A stretch of 63,424 bases of DNA, the filler included, from Octopus bimaculoides (lineage: Eukaryota): NCBI RefSeq assembly GCF_001194135.2. It is 4 parts of 4 records of this genome, joined end to end, with 100 filler letters (N's around TTAATTAATTAA, not from the genome) between each part and the next. Parts side by side here need not be neighbours in the genome. Positions count along the whole stretch, not along the records: positions 1 to 26,611 come from NC_068982.1; positions 26,712 to 58,260 come from NC_069006.1; 2 more parts are not named here. One strand, 5' to 3'. The translations under genes and the position numbers were made by a program. Under the pieces are notes generated by a model. That model had not been told where the DNA came from. It saw only the letters and a list, made by a program, of their open reading frames with translations, and searched no databases. Numbering within the stretch: the first letter of the stretch is position 1; each line of letters opens with the position of its first letter. Below, in pieces: positions 23,895 through 37,433 of the stretch.

Positions 23895-26800
23895 TGTGTG
23901 TTTGTTTGTGTGTTTGTGTGTAAATGAAATATTTATAATGTAGATAAATATACAGTCATATATTTGAAAGCCTGTAGCTGTTGAGATAACAATTGTAAAA
24001 ATGTCCTATAAACCAATTTAAGAGAGCATTTAGATGTTTTCACATCGTCTACAATCTTCATATCTAAAGACCTTCAAATAAATGAATGAAGATTCATCTA
24101 CATTCATAGATGTTTCAGATTCTAATTTATCTTGAGTTTTATACGAATAAGTGGGAGGAGTGTGGGTATGTAAGAACGGGCACACAAATGGATAAAATAA
24201 AAATGAACCAAAAGAAATAACGCAAAATGGTAAGTGGCATGAATTTTGACAACAAAGAAGTATCAAGATATACTAAATGCCATTCAATACAAATTCTTGA
24301 TTTAATATTATTACCTTCCATTCGCGAAAAGTCTAGTGGCTGTTGCAACCGACTTCGAATGATGGGGAATGTTATGAATAAAGAACGTTTCGTAATTTTG
24401 CATTTCCATAAAGGAAAAGATAGAAAGATGGTCCAGCTTTTTGTTTTGTTTTGTTTTTCGGAGAAAAAGTATAACATTTGACATGTGTTTCTGTTTAGAT
24501 TAGTACCATCAGTACAGAAGTTGTATCACATTGACTCCAGCCAAACATAAGATTTAAACATTCTAAATGAACTATCATAGTAACGGTGATAATTGTAATG
24601 ATGATGGTAATAATAATAAGTATTATTATTATTTCTACTGCTACCACCGCCACCACTAACAACAGCGATAATAAAAGAGATAGGAGGATCTTAGGATTCA
24701 CCAAATGAACATTGACTCGATTGAAATGTAAAAATCTCTGGAGTAGCAATAGAATTCAATGAAAACAAGAATGTTGTTTACAACATTCCAAAATATGGCC
24801 AAACAATTATTCCTTCAGGTGAGGTCAAAGTAAAGAATCCTTGATATGCCCGCCAAATCATGACATCTACGCCACATGCTGATTGGTCAAAGTACAAATC
24901 GTATGATTCAGCCTGCTGGAGACCATCAGAGGGCATTTAAAGGTTAAACCAACCATTTCACTACAGCTGTCAATTGTGGAACGCGACTGTCACTACATAA
25001 ACCTAATGACTGCGTAAAACATGAAAGTACTAGTTTAATTCAATATTGCAAAATTGTAAGATTGTAAAAATTGCAAATAATAAGACGCGAAAATCAGACT
25101 AAGCTGGAATTTCATTGATTAATATATTCTTCTCTACACAATCATACAAACTGGGATACACACATGCACGCGCGCGCGCACACACATACTTTTATATATA
25201 TATATATNNNNNNNNNNNNNNNNNNNNNNNNNNNNNNNNNNNNNNNNNNNNNNNNNNNNNNNNNNNNNNNNNNNNNNNNNNNNNNNNNNNNNNNNNNNNN
25301 NNNNNNNNNNNNNNNNNNNNNNNNNNNNNNNNNNNNNNNNNNNNNNNNNNNNNNNNNNNNNNNNNNNNNNNNNNNNNNNNNNNNNNNNNNNNNNNNNNNN
25401 NNNNNNNNNNNNNNNNNNNNNNNNNNNNNNNNNNNNNNNNNNNNNNNNNNNNNNNNNNNNNNNNNNNNNNNNNNNNNNNNNNNNNNNNNNNNNNNNNNNN
25501 NNNNNNNNNNNNNNNNNNNNNNNNNNNNNNNNNNNNNNNNNNNNNNNNNNNNNNNNNNNNNNNNNNNNNNNNNNNNNNNNNNNNNNNNNNNNNNNNNNNN
25601 NNNNNNNNNNNNNNNNNNNNNNNNNNNNNNNNNNNNNNNNNNNNNNNNNNNNNNNNNNNNNNNNNNNNNNNNNNNNNNNNNNNNNNNNNNNNNNNNNNNN
25701 NNNNNNNNNNNNNNNNNNNNNNNNNNNNNNNNNNNNNNNNNNNNNNNNNNNNNNNNNNNNNNNNNNNNNNNNNNNNNNNNNNNNNNNNNNNNNNNNNNNN
25801 NNNNNNNNNNNNNNNNNNNNNNNNNNNNNNNNNNNNNNNNNNNNNNNNNNNNNNNNNNNNNNNNNNNNNNNNNNNNNNNNNNNNNNNNNNNNNNNNNNNN
25901 NNNNNNNNNNNNNNNNNNNNNNNNNNNNNNNNNNNNNNNNNNNNNNNNNNNNNNNNNNNNNNNNNNNNNNNNNNNNNNNNNNNNNNNNNNNNNNNNNNNN
26001 NNATATATATATATATATATAGCGAACTAAATTCTTTTTTCTAGGGCGATTAGTGACAACAAAACTGTATGCAATCCAGTAATGCGGAGTATGACTAAAG
26101 TAAGCCCTGATAACAATGGTATTCTGTACAGCAAAATCGGTCACTTTGAAATCATAAATAAATGGAGTAAGTAATTTTTTTTTCTTACAACTTCCTACAT
26201 TTGTATGTCATTTGCAATTAACTAAAGCATACAGATGATGAGTTTGCATATAACTGTATTCATTGCTTTACGACTTTAAAATATCGCATAACATTCTATG
26301 GGTCATTGAAATGATGTTTGATAGTTAAGGAATCACTTCCATTTTCTGTTTACTTTAAATTTGATTCACGATAAACTCATGTTTAACTTTGTTATTGTCT
26401 TAACCTATGAGCATAATATGCTTGCATATGTATGTGAAGGGTTAACATAGGTAATTACACCGGTAGTATAACGGGTATTTTTATCCCTTAGAAGATTATT
26501 CCAATCTCTAACTCTACTAACCTTATATATATATATATATATACAGTTCTATATTTAAGAGATGAGGAATGTAAATAATGTAAATATATATATATATATA
26601 CATACATATATNNNNNNNNNNNNNNNNNNNNNNNNNNNNNNNNNNNNNNNNNNNNTTAATTAATTAANNNNNNNNNNNNNNNNNNNNNNNNNNNNNNNNN
26701 NNNNNNNNNNNGCAGTTGGGGGGGGGGGCAAAGAAGGAAGATTAAAACTTAGTACAGATGGCGATGTTTAAAAATAAACTAGAATTGAACAAATTCCCCG

Positions 26801-27829
26801 AATCAAAAAAAAAAAAAAAAGATCACGTCCTTATGCATGACCACGTGCCGTCAATGGTGTGTCGTCTGTTCAGGAAACAATGAAAAGGTTTTGTTAGAAT
26901 CGTGTGGCTGTCGATGTGTGGGCTTTTACAATTAAAAAAAGTGAAATAATGGTGAGGACCAATGTCGGGAGGAACAGAAATTTCTGTTGTTCACTTTTAA
27001 TGACTTCTTTCTATTTTGCTTTCTATTTGCTGCCTGCAATGGTATCGGCCGACAATTGTTACTGATGTTCGCTTAAAACATATTTTACTATTAATAGTTG
27101 GCTTCTTGTTTTTATGTTTGCCTTTTTTTTAAAACTTCTTTCTAACAAATAGTAATTAATATTTATTGTTAAATTCAATATAGCTATAGGAGAAGACGCT
27201 TGCCCAAGGTGGCACACAATGGGACTGAACCCGGAACTATGTGGTTGGGAAGCAAGCTTCTTACCACCCAGGAGAAATTTACACCTTGGGTGCAATATAA
27301 TCAAACGTATGGTATCTAGAATGCCCCTAAAACGGCGATGGTCGCAGTTGGAACGTCTTTGGCCATAGATATGCATGATCAGGGCCGACAGGTGGTGAAA
27401 CAGGAACAAGTAATTGCCAGCGAAGGATTCCCGACGCTATTGCTAGACATTTTATACAGGCTTTAGCTATTGGACAGCGGCCATGCTGGAGCACTGCCTT
27501 TAAGGGTTTTAGAAGATCGTATGAACCCAGTTTCTATTTCTATGTGTTGCTTACTCTATCAGCCTCTTTTGCCGAACAGCTATGTTGTAGGACGAAAACT
27601 AACAGTGGTTATGAAGCGGGGGGGGACAAACGATACAAACGTAATATATATAATGAATATATGCATATATTCATACATATATGTACATACCTACATCTAT
27701 ATGTATACATACATGCATACATGAGTACAGGACATCAAAAAAACGTTAAACACAATGAGAAACGAAAACATAGAAAATGAACTTTTTTCGAACGAAAAAC
27801 AAACAGAAACGGGCTTCTTTCAGTTTCCA

Positions 27830-27950
27830 ATCTACAGAATCTACTCACAAGGCCTTGGTCCGCCCGAGGCTATAGCAGAAGATAACTTGCCCATGGTGAG
27901 ACTGAACCCAGAACCATGTGGTTGAGAAGCAACTTTCTTACCCCGCACAG
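27830..27950 (-). mobile_element. SINE fragment (family with GGTAAGAAGCTTGCTTCCCAACCACATGGTTC head)
   Basis: Shares sequence with 27190-27270, 31325-31490, 46935-47085 and 51310-51450. Confidence 0.75.
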
Positions 27951-28490
27951 TTTGCGTCTACGAAATTCCACTCACAAAACATTGGTCATCCGAGGATAAA
28001 ACAGAAGACGTTTACTCAAGCTGGGATCGAACCTGTGCTGACAGGTTAGCAAAGCAAAGTTGTTTAACTATATGGCTATATGATATATAATATAATCGAA
28101 AACAAAATGGTGCTAAATGTTCCAGACTTTACCAACTTAAACAAAAAACTTGGTCACTAAAGTTCACGGCAGAAGAAAGATTCTTCTTCTCTTTCTTTCC
28201 TTCGCAAGAATTCTTCCACCATCTTCACCGCCTCCGCCTCCACCACCACCATTTCTCTATAACCACTGCCATTTCTACCATCAGTGGCTTCTCAACGCCA
28301 CTTTCCCACCTCCCCCATCATCATCTCCATCATACAACTGCCCCTCCTTCCGCCAACGACACCCTCATCTTACTGCCGCCACCACTTCTACCTCTACTAC
28401 AATTCTCACCCACCTCATACACACACGCAAACACACAAACACACACATACACAAGGGACTGAGCGTTAATTACAGAAGTATTTTTCATAT

Positions 28491-28534
<44 letters not shown>

Positions 28535-29586
28535 TTCTCTCTGTCCCCTCTCTCTCTTTAATGCAAGTCTGTACCAAAACGGTCGCTCGAACCGCTAGAA
28601 ATAAAAACCGAATCCCAAAACTCTCACATCTCTATCGCAGGATGCAGTCACTGATGTACGTAGACAGGATGGTCGTGACTGGAACGCTTTTAACCACAGC
28701 TATGCCCAGTCACTGTTAACCTTGAGCTAAACAACAATTACAAAATACACACACACACACACATACGTATACACAAACATACACACACCTTCTTTCTCCT
28801 TTTTCACCCATTTTCATTCTCATGCGCGCACACACACACACACACTCATGTACACACGCACATATACACACATACACACGCAGCCAATACACAACCGCAC
28901 GCGCGCGCACACACACTCCCTTTTTCTGCCCCCACCCCTATACGTGTTAATCGTGCAAATATTACTATTAGCATTGCATCCATCACACACACACACACAC
29001 ACCCCTCACATATTTAGGGAATCCAAGGCCAAAAGCAAAACGAAACAAACTCCCTCCAGCCTCCATCTTCATCCACGAAAAACTAAAAAAAAAGAAAATT
29101 ACAAAAAAAAAAGAAAAAGACGCAAACAAAATCAGAATGTAAACCCATTTATTTTTTTGCTTTGAAACCCTAAAATTCTTTCACCCCAAGCCCTCTCTAT
29201 ATAGGGACCAATACCAGGGGATATATTAAAGCTACGTGTCTCTTGCAAGAGGACAAATACAGAGGCAGAGGAAGAGGGAACTTCTTACAGGGGCAGTAGT
29301 AGCAGTGTGTACACGCATCTATGTGTATATATACATATGTATATATACACTATATATATATATATATACATTCGCACGAAAAGAGAGGCATAGCTAGATG
29401 TACGTACATAAATAAATAAATAAATAAAATAGGCAGAGATAGCAACAGACGAAAAAAGCAGCAACAATTTTTCCAAAGTTCTTCACCGTTTCACGTTTTA
29501 TATGTAAGTACAAACATAATGCTATCGCTCTTAGCTTTAATTTTTCATACACACCAAATACACCTAAAACACGCCGTGTATCTGTG

Positions 29587-29623
<37 letters not shown>

Positions 29624-30005
29624 NNNNNNNNNNNNNNNNNNNNNNNNNNNNNNNNNNNNNNNNNNNNNNNNNNNNNNNNNNNNNNNNNNNNNNNNNNNNN
29701 NNNNNNNNNNNNNNNNNNNNNNNNNNNNNNNNNNNNNNNNNNNNNNNNNNNNNNNNNNNNNNNNNNNNNNNNNNNNNNNNAAACATCTATGTTTAGAGTA
29801 CACACACACACACACACATATATTCACATTACATATAAACATAGACATATATATACATATATATAGGCCTCATATATGATATAAAACTTGCTTCGTACTC
29901 TAAACATAGATGTTTGCATGTGTATGTGCGTGTATATGCATGTATATACATATATTTCCCAATCTAAAATATGAGTGTGTGTATTATTTAGCTATATGCA
30001 AGCCC

Positions 30006-30049
<44 letters not shown>

Positions 30050-30996
30050 TTCAAATGGTTATCATCTATTCATTCATATACACATATGTATATACACATA
30101 TGTATATACAGATATGTTGGTACAAACTGGAAAAAACAGAACTCAGAATGTGAATATATGTATATTTTTTTATAACCATTTTAGCAGAAGCAACAGAGTG
30201 ACTCAATGGCCGAGAGTTTTGTACGTCGGTACTTATCAAACCCTATATACATATATATGCTGCATATATATGTATATATACACACACACACACACACAAA
30301 CATATATAAACTTTCAATTTACCCTTCATCACGCCCACCCGCCATCTCCCTCCCCTCTCTGCCCCCCGCTCTCGCCCCTCTGTCCCCTTCTCTCTCTCTC
30401 TCTCTCTCTTTCCTTTTATTACTATTAACAATACCAGAACCAATATTTTCTGCGTGTGTGTAACCAACACCCGGCGGTTTCACATCACTCCCTGGTCCTA
30501 GGGTGCCTTCGGCGGACCCCATTCCGTTACAAACATGGGGACCAAGTCTCATCTCTCGGTTTCGTAGTAACATTCCACCTTTCTTCTCATCAGTCTTGGA
30601 GGATCTTAAAAGGGGTCAGGCGTTCAAGGAGTCTGCCGGTCCTCATCTGACTGATACACGCACACGCAAGCGCTCACCTGCGTGTGTGTGTGTGTGTGTG
30701 TATATGTGTACGTATAAATATATGTGTGTATATCTATGTGTATACATATATGTAAGCATGTATGTATGAATGTATGTATGTATGTGTGTAAGTATGCGTG
30801 TATATATATATAGGTGTGTATGTGTATGTGTGTATGTAGGTGTGTGTATGTGAGTATGCAGAGCTATCTTGCAGTATCCTGGACCCAATAGTACTTATTT
30901 ACAGACAAGCCACAGCAGTTATAGATCAGAATTGGGTCCCTAGATTCCTGAGAGCCCTAAGGAACTTCCCAGGGGGCCCTTGCAATGAAACAGTAT

Positions 30997-31625
30997 TCAT
31001 CATCGTCGTTTAACGTTCGCTTTCCATGCTGGCATGGGTTGAACGGTTTGACTGAGGGCTGGCGAGCCAGAAGGTTGCACCAGACTCCAATCCGATCTGG
31101 CAGAGTTTCTACAGCTGGATGCCCTTCCTAACGCCAACCACTCCGAGAGTGTAGTGGGTGCTTTTACAAGCCACCAGCATAAGGGCTTGTCACACGGTCC
31201 TGGCAACGGCCACGCTCAAAAAGGTGTTTTTTACGTGCCACCTGCACAGGAGCCAGTCTGACGGCTCTGGCAACGACCACGCTCGAATGGTGTTTTTTTA
31301 CGTGCCACCGGCACATGTACATAGCAGGTGCATAAGTGGCTATGTGGTAAGAAGCTTGCTTCCCAACCACATGGTTCCAGGCTCAGTCCCACTGCGTGGC
31401 ACCTTGGGCAAGTGTCTTCTACTATAGCCTCGAGCCGACCAAAGTCTTGTGAGTGGATTTGGTAGGCGAAAACTGAAAGCCTGTCGTATATATATCGCTT
31501 GACAACAGATGTAACTTAGCGGTTTGGCAAAAATGACTGATACAATAAGAACTACACTTATAAATCATAAGTCCTGAGGGTGCTCCGGCATGGCCGCAGT
31601 CAAATGACTAAAACAAGTAAAAGTA
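30997..31625. mobile_element. Cluster of SINE/LINE-tail repeats
   Basis: CATCATCGTTTAACG...GGATGCCCTTCCTAACGCCAACCAC element (copies at 40520-40830 and 57945-58260), followed by a GGTAAGAAGCTTGCTTCC-type SINE and its tail. Confidence 0.8.
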
Positions 31626-31665
31626 AAGTATAAGTATTTGTATATGTAAATATAATTAGTATGTT

Positions 31666-31708
<43 letters not shown>

Positions 31709-31718
31709 NNNNNNNNNN

Positions 31719-31753
<35 letters not shown>

Positions 31754-32445
31754 TGTGTAGATATATATGAATGTGTGTGTATATGTATTTAGATATATCA
31801 TGAGTTTGGTAAGTGCCAATGCTCTAGATCTTGAGTCATTCTGTAACTTGTGCAGTTTTAATAAGTCATACTTTGAGTTCCATTTTCCTGTTTGTATCAC
31901 CAAACCTGCCTCTGTGTGTGTGTGTGTGTGTGTGCATTAGTGGGTGTGTCTTCATATATGTGCGCATGCATATACATGTCCGCATGTATGTGTAAGTACG
32001 AGAGCATGTGTTGTTGTTGTTGTTGTTTAGCCCCTGGTCAATGCTGATCGAGCAGGCAAACCAATGATCAAAAACCAATCTAACCATGACTGCAAATACC
32101 ATGGGCCTTACCCCTTACTCCAGACTCAGCAAGTAGAAAGAAAGTAAGCGTTCTCTTGTGTTATTTGGAACGAGATTTGGCTGTTATTTCTAGCAGACTG
32201 AGCGACCGTATAGATTAGTATCCAGTGGGGAGGGCGGGGTCGTATCAGCACCATTATAGGCCCTGGATAAATCAATGCACTGAGATCTATAATATTTGTA
32301 TATTGATAGCAAACCACGGCGGATGTAGTTCACATTGGGTCCCTAGATCCGTGCGGCTCCCGGACAACTGCCCGGCGTATCAATGCCTTAAGGCACAACC
32401 GAGGGAGGGACATTTTAGTACCTGCAATAAATGGCAAGTCTATAG

Positions 32446-32690
32446 AAATGTGTACATCTGTGAAATATGCCTAAGTGTAAGGTGTACGTCCGTGAAATGT
32501 GTCCATCTGTGAAATGTATCCATTTGTTGAATGTGTCCATCTGTGAAATGTATACACCTGTAAAATGTGTCCATCTGTGGAATATGTCCATGTGTAGGAT
32601 GTATCCATCTATGGAAGTATCCATGTGAGAAATGTATCCGTCTGTGGAATGCGTTCATCTGTGAAATCTCTACATCTGTGAAATGTGACC
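32446..32690. repeat. 17-bp minisatellite (ATCTGTGAAATGTGTCC consensus), about 14 degenerate copies
   Basis: Repeated ATCTGTGAAATGT(G/A)TCC units are directly visible. Confidence 0.85.
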
Positions 32691-32999
32691 GTGTGTTATC
32701 TTTCATATTGTTTGTGTGGAAATTAAATTATTCAGAGCGACGAAGAATTAACTGGGATTCTGTTCGTCTGCTTTGTATTTTCATTGGGAATGGGGTTAGA
32801 GAAGTTGGTCAGTGGGTGGTTTCTAATATGTATGTGGATGAAATTACACCCGGGGTGGAACAATTCTCCATCAGACTCTCTCATACAAACAACTATCGTC
32901 TTCTACCATTATGCAATACTGCCAAAGCGTAGTTAAACCAACCACAATGTTATATCACTTTACTAACTTGTTAACCAGCTGGGCGCACGCACACGCACA

Positions 33000-33041
<42 letters not shown>

Positions 33042-33324
33042 TTTTAGTTATCTTTGATGCGATTTTACTTGGCCTCGGGTCACCATGTCTCGTGCACCAC
33101 CAGCCAATGTAGTCCTGAACCCTCCTTGTGTGTCGAGCGACTACTAAGAAACTCCCTTTGGTGGTAGTGGTACAGATATCTTAAAGAAATTTCGCTGGGT
33201 TGTAAGCATTTGGACCAGAGTCCCTGTAAGTGTGTATGGGGGCTGGGGGCGGGGACATCACTGTCGTGACCTCATGGCACACCGTCACCCCCTGAATAAG
33301 GGTCAAAAACAACACTTCTGTCCC

Positions 33325-33515
33325 CCAGTCCTCTAATACCCGAAGGTCGACTTTGCCTTTCATCCTTTCGTGGTCGATAAATTAAGTACCACTTACGCAC
33401 TGGGGTCGATGTAATCGACTTGATCCCTTTGTCCATCTTTGTTTGTCCTGTCTATGTTTCGCCCCTCCGGTGGGCAATAAAGAAATAAGAAACGTTAGCA
33501 CGCCGGGCGAAGCGG
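33325..33515 (+). mobile_element. SINE (GTCGACTTTGCCTTTCATCC core family), 5' truncated
   Basis: Core plus the AATAAAGAAATAAGAAACGTTAGC tail also seen at 50025-50420. Confidence 0.8.
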
Positions 33516-36099
33516 TGAGACCAATGGAGCTAAAACATGCGATAAGTGAGGAGCGATAGAAAAATAAAAGCAAAAAAAAACAAAATAATTTTTCACTGTC
33601 CAACCACCACCGCCACCCCCTTTAACTAATATCTCTACTGACACCACTACCACCGTCACCACCACCACTTTCGCCGCCACCACCACCACCACCATAGTTA
33701 TTCAGCAANNNNNNNNNNNNNNNNNNNNNNNNNNNNNNNNNNNNNNNNNNNNNNNNNNNNNNNNNNNNNNNNNNNNNNNNNNNNNNNNNNNNNNNNNNNN
33801 NNNNNNNNNNNNNNNNNNNNNNNNNNNNNNNNNNNNNNNNNNNNNNNNNNNNNNNNNNNNNNNNNNNNNNNNNNNNNNNNNNNNNNNNNNNNNNNNNNNN
33901 NNNNNNNNNNNNNNNNNNNNNNNNNNNNNNNNNNNNNNNNNNNNNNNNNNNNNNNNNNNNNNNNNNNNNNNNNNNNNNNNNNNNNNNNNNNNNNNNNNNN
34001 NNNNNNNNNNNNNNNNNNNNNNNNNNNNNNNNNNNNNNNNNNNNNNNNNNNNNNNNNNNNNNNNNNNNNNNNNNNNNNNNNNNNNNNNNNNNNNNNNNNN
34101 NNNNNNNNNNNNNNNNNNNNNNNNNNNNNNNNNNNNNNNNNNNNNNNNNNNNNNNNNNNNNNNNNTGATTCACTAATGCGCATGCGTTAAGTGAGAAGCC
34201 ATAGAAAAAACTAAAAGCAAAAAAAGAATTTTTCACTGTCCAACCACCGCCACCCCCTTTAACTAATATCTCTACTGACACCACTACCACCGTCACCACC
34301 ACCACTTTCGCCGCCACCACCACCACCACCATAGTTATTCAGCAATTGTTTAGCCCCATATCAGCCCTTTTTGAGCAGACGCATGACAGAAAGACATTTC
34401 GTCTCTTGACCATTCTGATTTATTTATTTATTTATTTATTTTTAGTATTTTGTGGTCCATTTAAGAAAGTCGGGTGTGATTATAAGTAGATTTGACTGCT
34501 ACTTCTAGTGAGACAATCACACAGAATTGCCCTCGTAAATGCGGACGTGTGTGCGTGTACGCGCATGTGTTTAAAATACACACACACACACACACACATT
34601 TCTATTCTGTGTGTGTGCTTGTGGATATTTTTGTTGTAACTGTTATCGAGGGTCTCTGTTATCAAAGAAAGACATTCCAGTCGTGACCGTTTCCTCAATT
34701 TGTTTAGACATGTTTGTAAGGCAACATTAATCAGCGATATAGCCTTCAGTTTGGTAGGGCGTGATTTCAAGGTGTGTGTGTGTGTGTGCTTATGTGTCTG
34801 TATTTATGTATGTGTGTCTCTGTATCTGTGTGTGTGTGTTTTATATGTTTGTGTTTATGTGTGGACATGAGCATATCCTGTACGTGTGGCAACGTCGAGG
34901 AGGAAATGACAAATAAAAGGCCATAAACCCATCCAATTACATTAAAGGCTCCGTAATGGTAACTGTACAGACATAGTTATGTATTGGGAGGTGCGGGGGG
35001 AGGAGGCAGCAGAGAGTTAGATACTGGAACGGGGGTAGGAGTGGATGAGAGTAACAGATAGAAAGGGGGAGGCTGAGAGGTAGATATTGGAGTGGAAGAG
35101 GGTAAGAATAAGAGACAGAGGGGGAGAAACAGACATAGATGTTGATGAGGAAGTGGGAGTAGATGAAATAGGGAGAGAGGACGGCAGGGGTAGGTGTGAA
35201 TAAGGAAGTAGGAGGAGGTATAAGCAAAGAGAGGAATGGTGCTAGACAGTGATTGTGTGTGTATGTGTGTGTGTGTGTGTGTGTGTGTTGCAATGTTTTC
35301 GCCATTACATATAACCTATAGGCACAGTAGAGATATAAACAGTGATTAGATGAGAATTTGGAGGATTAATGGATTAACTTAATTCCTTGAAGCATGGGAG
35401 ACAACTCCGATCAGCGATCAGACGTGAAACAGTCATCGGCAGATGTGTCTATGTGTACCTATGTGTGTGTTCGTATGTGTGCATATTGTACGAGTGTCTG
35501 TATGTGTAAATGATAAACTTACATAAGTATTTATACAACAAATAGACATTTATAGTCATTCATTTATTAGCACTAATAGGTTGCTGAATACTGGGTCTTT
35601 GGATTCGATTGTGCTTCCTACTACACGCTTGACATGAACTTTTATTAATTCCAGCAGTGAACGGGGGAGGTCTTTATGAGCGATTGAAACAAAGACGTTA
35701 TTTAATTCTGAACTTTAACCTAGAATGTCGTAGATGTGTAGGGAACTCGTATAGTCAATGGAATTGACTCCAGTGAATGACTGGTACTTGCTTTAATCGA
35801 AGATGGGAGCCCAGTCAGAGTTACGGATTTGAAGACAAAACGTAAAGACTGCTCTGGAATAAATGCAGAGAATCAACCTTCCTAGCACCAACCACTCTGA
35901 GAGTGTAATGGGTTAGGGTTAGGGTTCCACCAGCATGGATGCCATTTGCATGACACTGGTATCTGCCACGACTTGATGGGTCTTCTTCTCAAGCACGACA
36001 TACTGCCAAAAGCCTTGGTCATTGCCTCCTTGAGGCCCAATGCTCGAAAGGAACTCAGCCACCTTGCTATGAGGCCCTTTCAAAAGGAACCAGATTATA

Positions 36100-36280
36100 A
36101 TTCACATTTATACCAATGGTAATTGGTCCTCTTGGGTTTCGTGAGTGAATGCCTAAGGGACAATGTGGATAAGGTAGGGTTTTCAGAAAAAGAAACCAGC
36201 AAGCTAATTAACATATTAAAAATACAATCTGTAAGTGGAACTGTCAAAATGTGCAAGACATTGCTCAAGTTTAAAGTGTG
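36100..36280 (+). mobile_element. R4/Dong-like non-LTR retrotransposon 3' fragment
   Basis: FTFIPMVIGPLG / SECLRDNVDKVGFSEKETSKLINILKIQSVSGTVKMCKTLLKFKV*; homologous to 14370-14550. Confidence 0.55.
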
Positions 36281-37207
36281 AATTCTTGTTTGTTATCTCC
36301 ATTGCAATGGTGGAGCTTTGGATGTTTGTTAGAAACCAGTTCCTTGTTCAGAGGAAGGTTTGAAATAATCAAAAATACAAGGGAACATGCATACATACCT
36401 ACACATACCTACACACATACACATTCATACGTACATACACACATTCATACATACATACACACATTCATACATACATACACACATACATACACACACACAT
36501 ACATTCATTCACTCATTCATACAAACATTCACACACATACACACAAGTTCAGACTCAGTCAAAAGTTAGTCAGCACTTCAAATAAGGAGTTACTGAAACT
36601 GAGTCATGAGTGAAAGGCGAGGAAAGAGGCAGGAAGGGAGGGAAGGAAGGAGGGGAGAGAGAGAAAGAATTGCTGTGTGAGAGAGTAATAGGTATAAAGA
36701 GAGTGACGGTAAGAGGAGAGAGAGAGAAAACACTGACTGATGTAGAAAAATACAAACATACATAAATAAATACACACACACACACACACACACATATTTA
36801 CATACGTACATTACATATACGCATATAGATGAGGACTGCTCCATCTTCAGAAATGATTGCCATCTCTCAGCTTCCAAGTTATCAATGATGTTTCTGACCC
36901 TCCATATATGACCTCACAGATGACTATTCAATCCACACACATATATATATATGCATATTTCCCTACACTTGAATCATTTCCCTTTGCTTGATTTGTTTGC
37001 ATATACAACCCTTGGCATATAAGTCACCAGCCACCATCTACTGCCGTCTCCACCACCGCAACCACTACTATCTCCATCACCACCACCATCACCACTGCTA
37101 CAACCACCGTCTCCACCACCACCACAAACACCATCTCTATCACCACCACAAACACCACCTCTACCACCACCAACACCATCTCCATCATCATCATCAAAAC
37201 CACTATA

Positions 37208-37433
37208 TATGAAGGGGTGCTGAAAAGTTCCTGGCTTTAAGTGTATCATGAATGGCATAGTTGGAGGCCCAACCTTCCGAGTTCTTTTACAGGGCTCAGA
37301 AAAACTGAAGGACCACTGCGATAAGTATGTGAACCCGAGAGGGGTGTATGTTGAATGAAATCATAATTAACAGATCCTCATCCTGTATTTTCTTTTACCC
37401 AAAGCAAAGAAGCTTTCACCCCCTCCCTTCATA
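37208..37433. mobile_element. Non-autonomous mariner-like MITE
   Basis: Imperfect TIRs TATGAAGGGGTGCTGAAAAGTTCCTGGCTTT and AAAGCAAAGAAGCTTTCACCCCCTCCCTTCATA, TA-flanked. Confidence 0.65.

Noticed and set aside
24227-24481. GKWHE motif (24229-) as the next lipocalin exon
   Set aside because: No AG acceptor in phase 0, and an in-frame TGA follows within two codons.
25115-26144. Long ORFs in the track spanning N gaps (also 33622-34332, 48106-48810, 55175-56042)
   Set aside because: They consist of X residues from gaps plus microsatellite translation.
26656-26667. TTAATTAATTAA embedded in N runs (also 58305-58316 and 62197-62208)
   Set aside because: Each is exactly N44-TTAATTAATTAA-N44 (100 bp), a synthetic scaffolding spacer with stops in all six frames; not biological.
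32446-32690. CRISPR-like array
   Set aside because: Units are contiguous without unique spacers, and the context is eukaryotic; it is a minisatellite.
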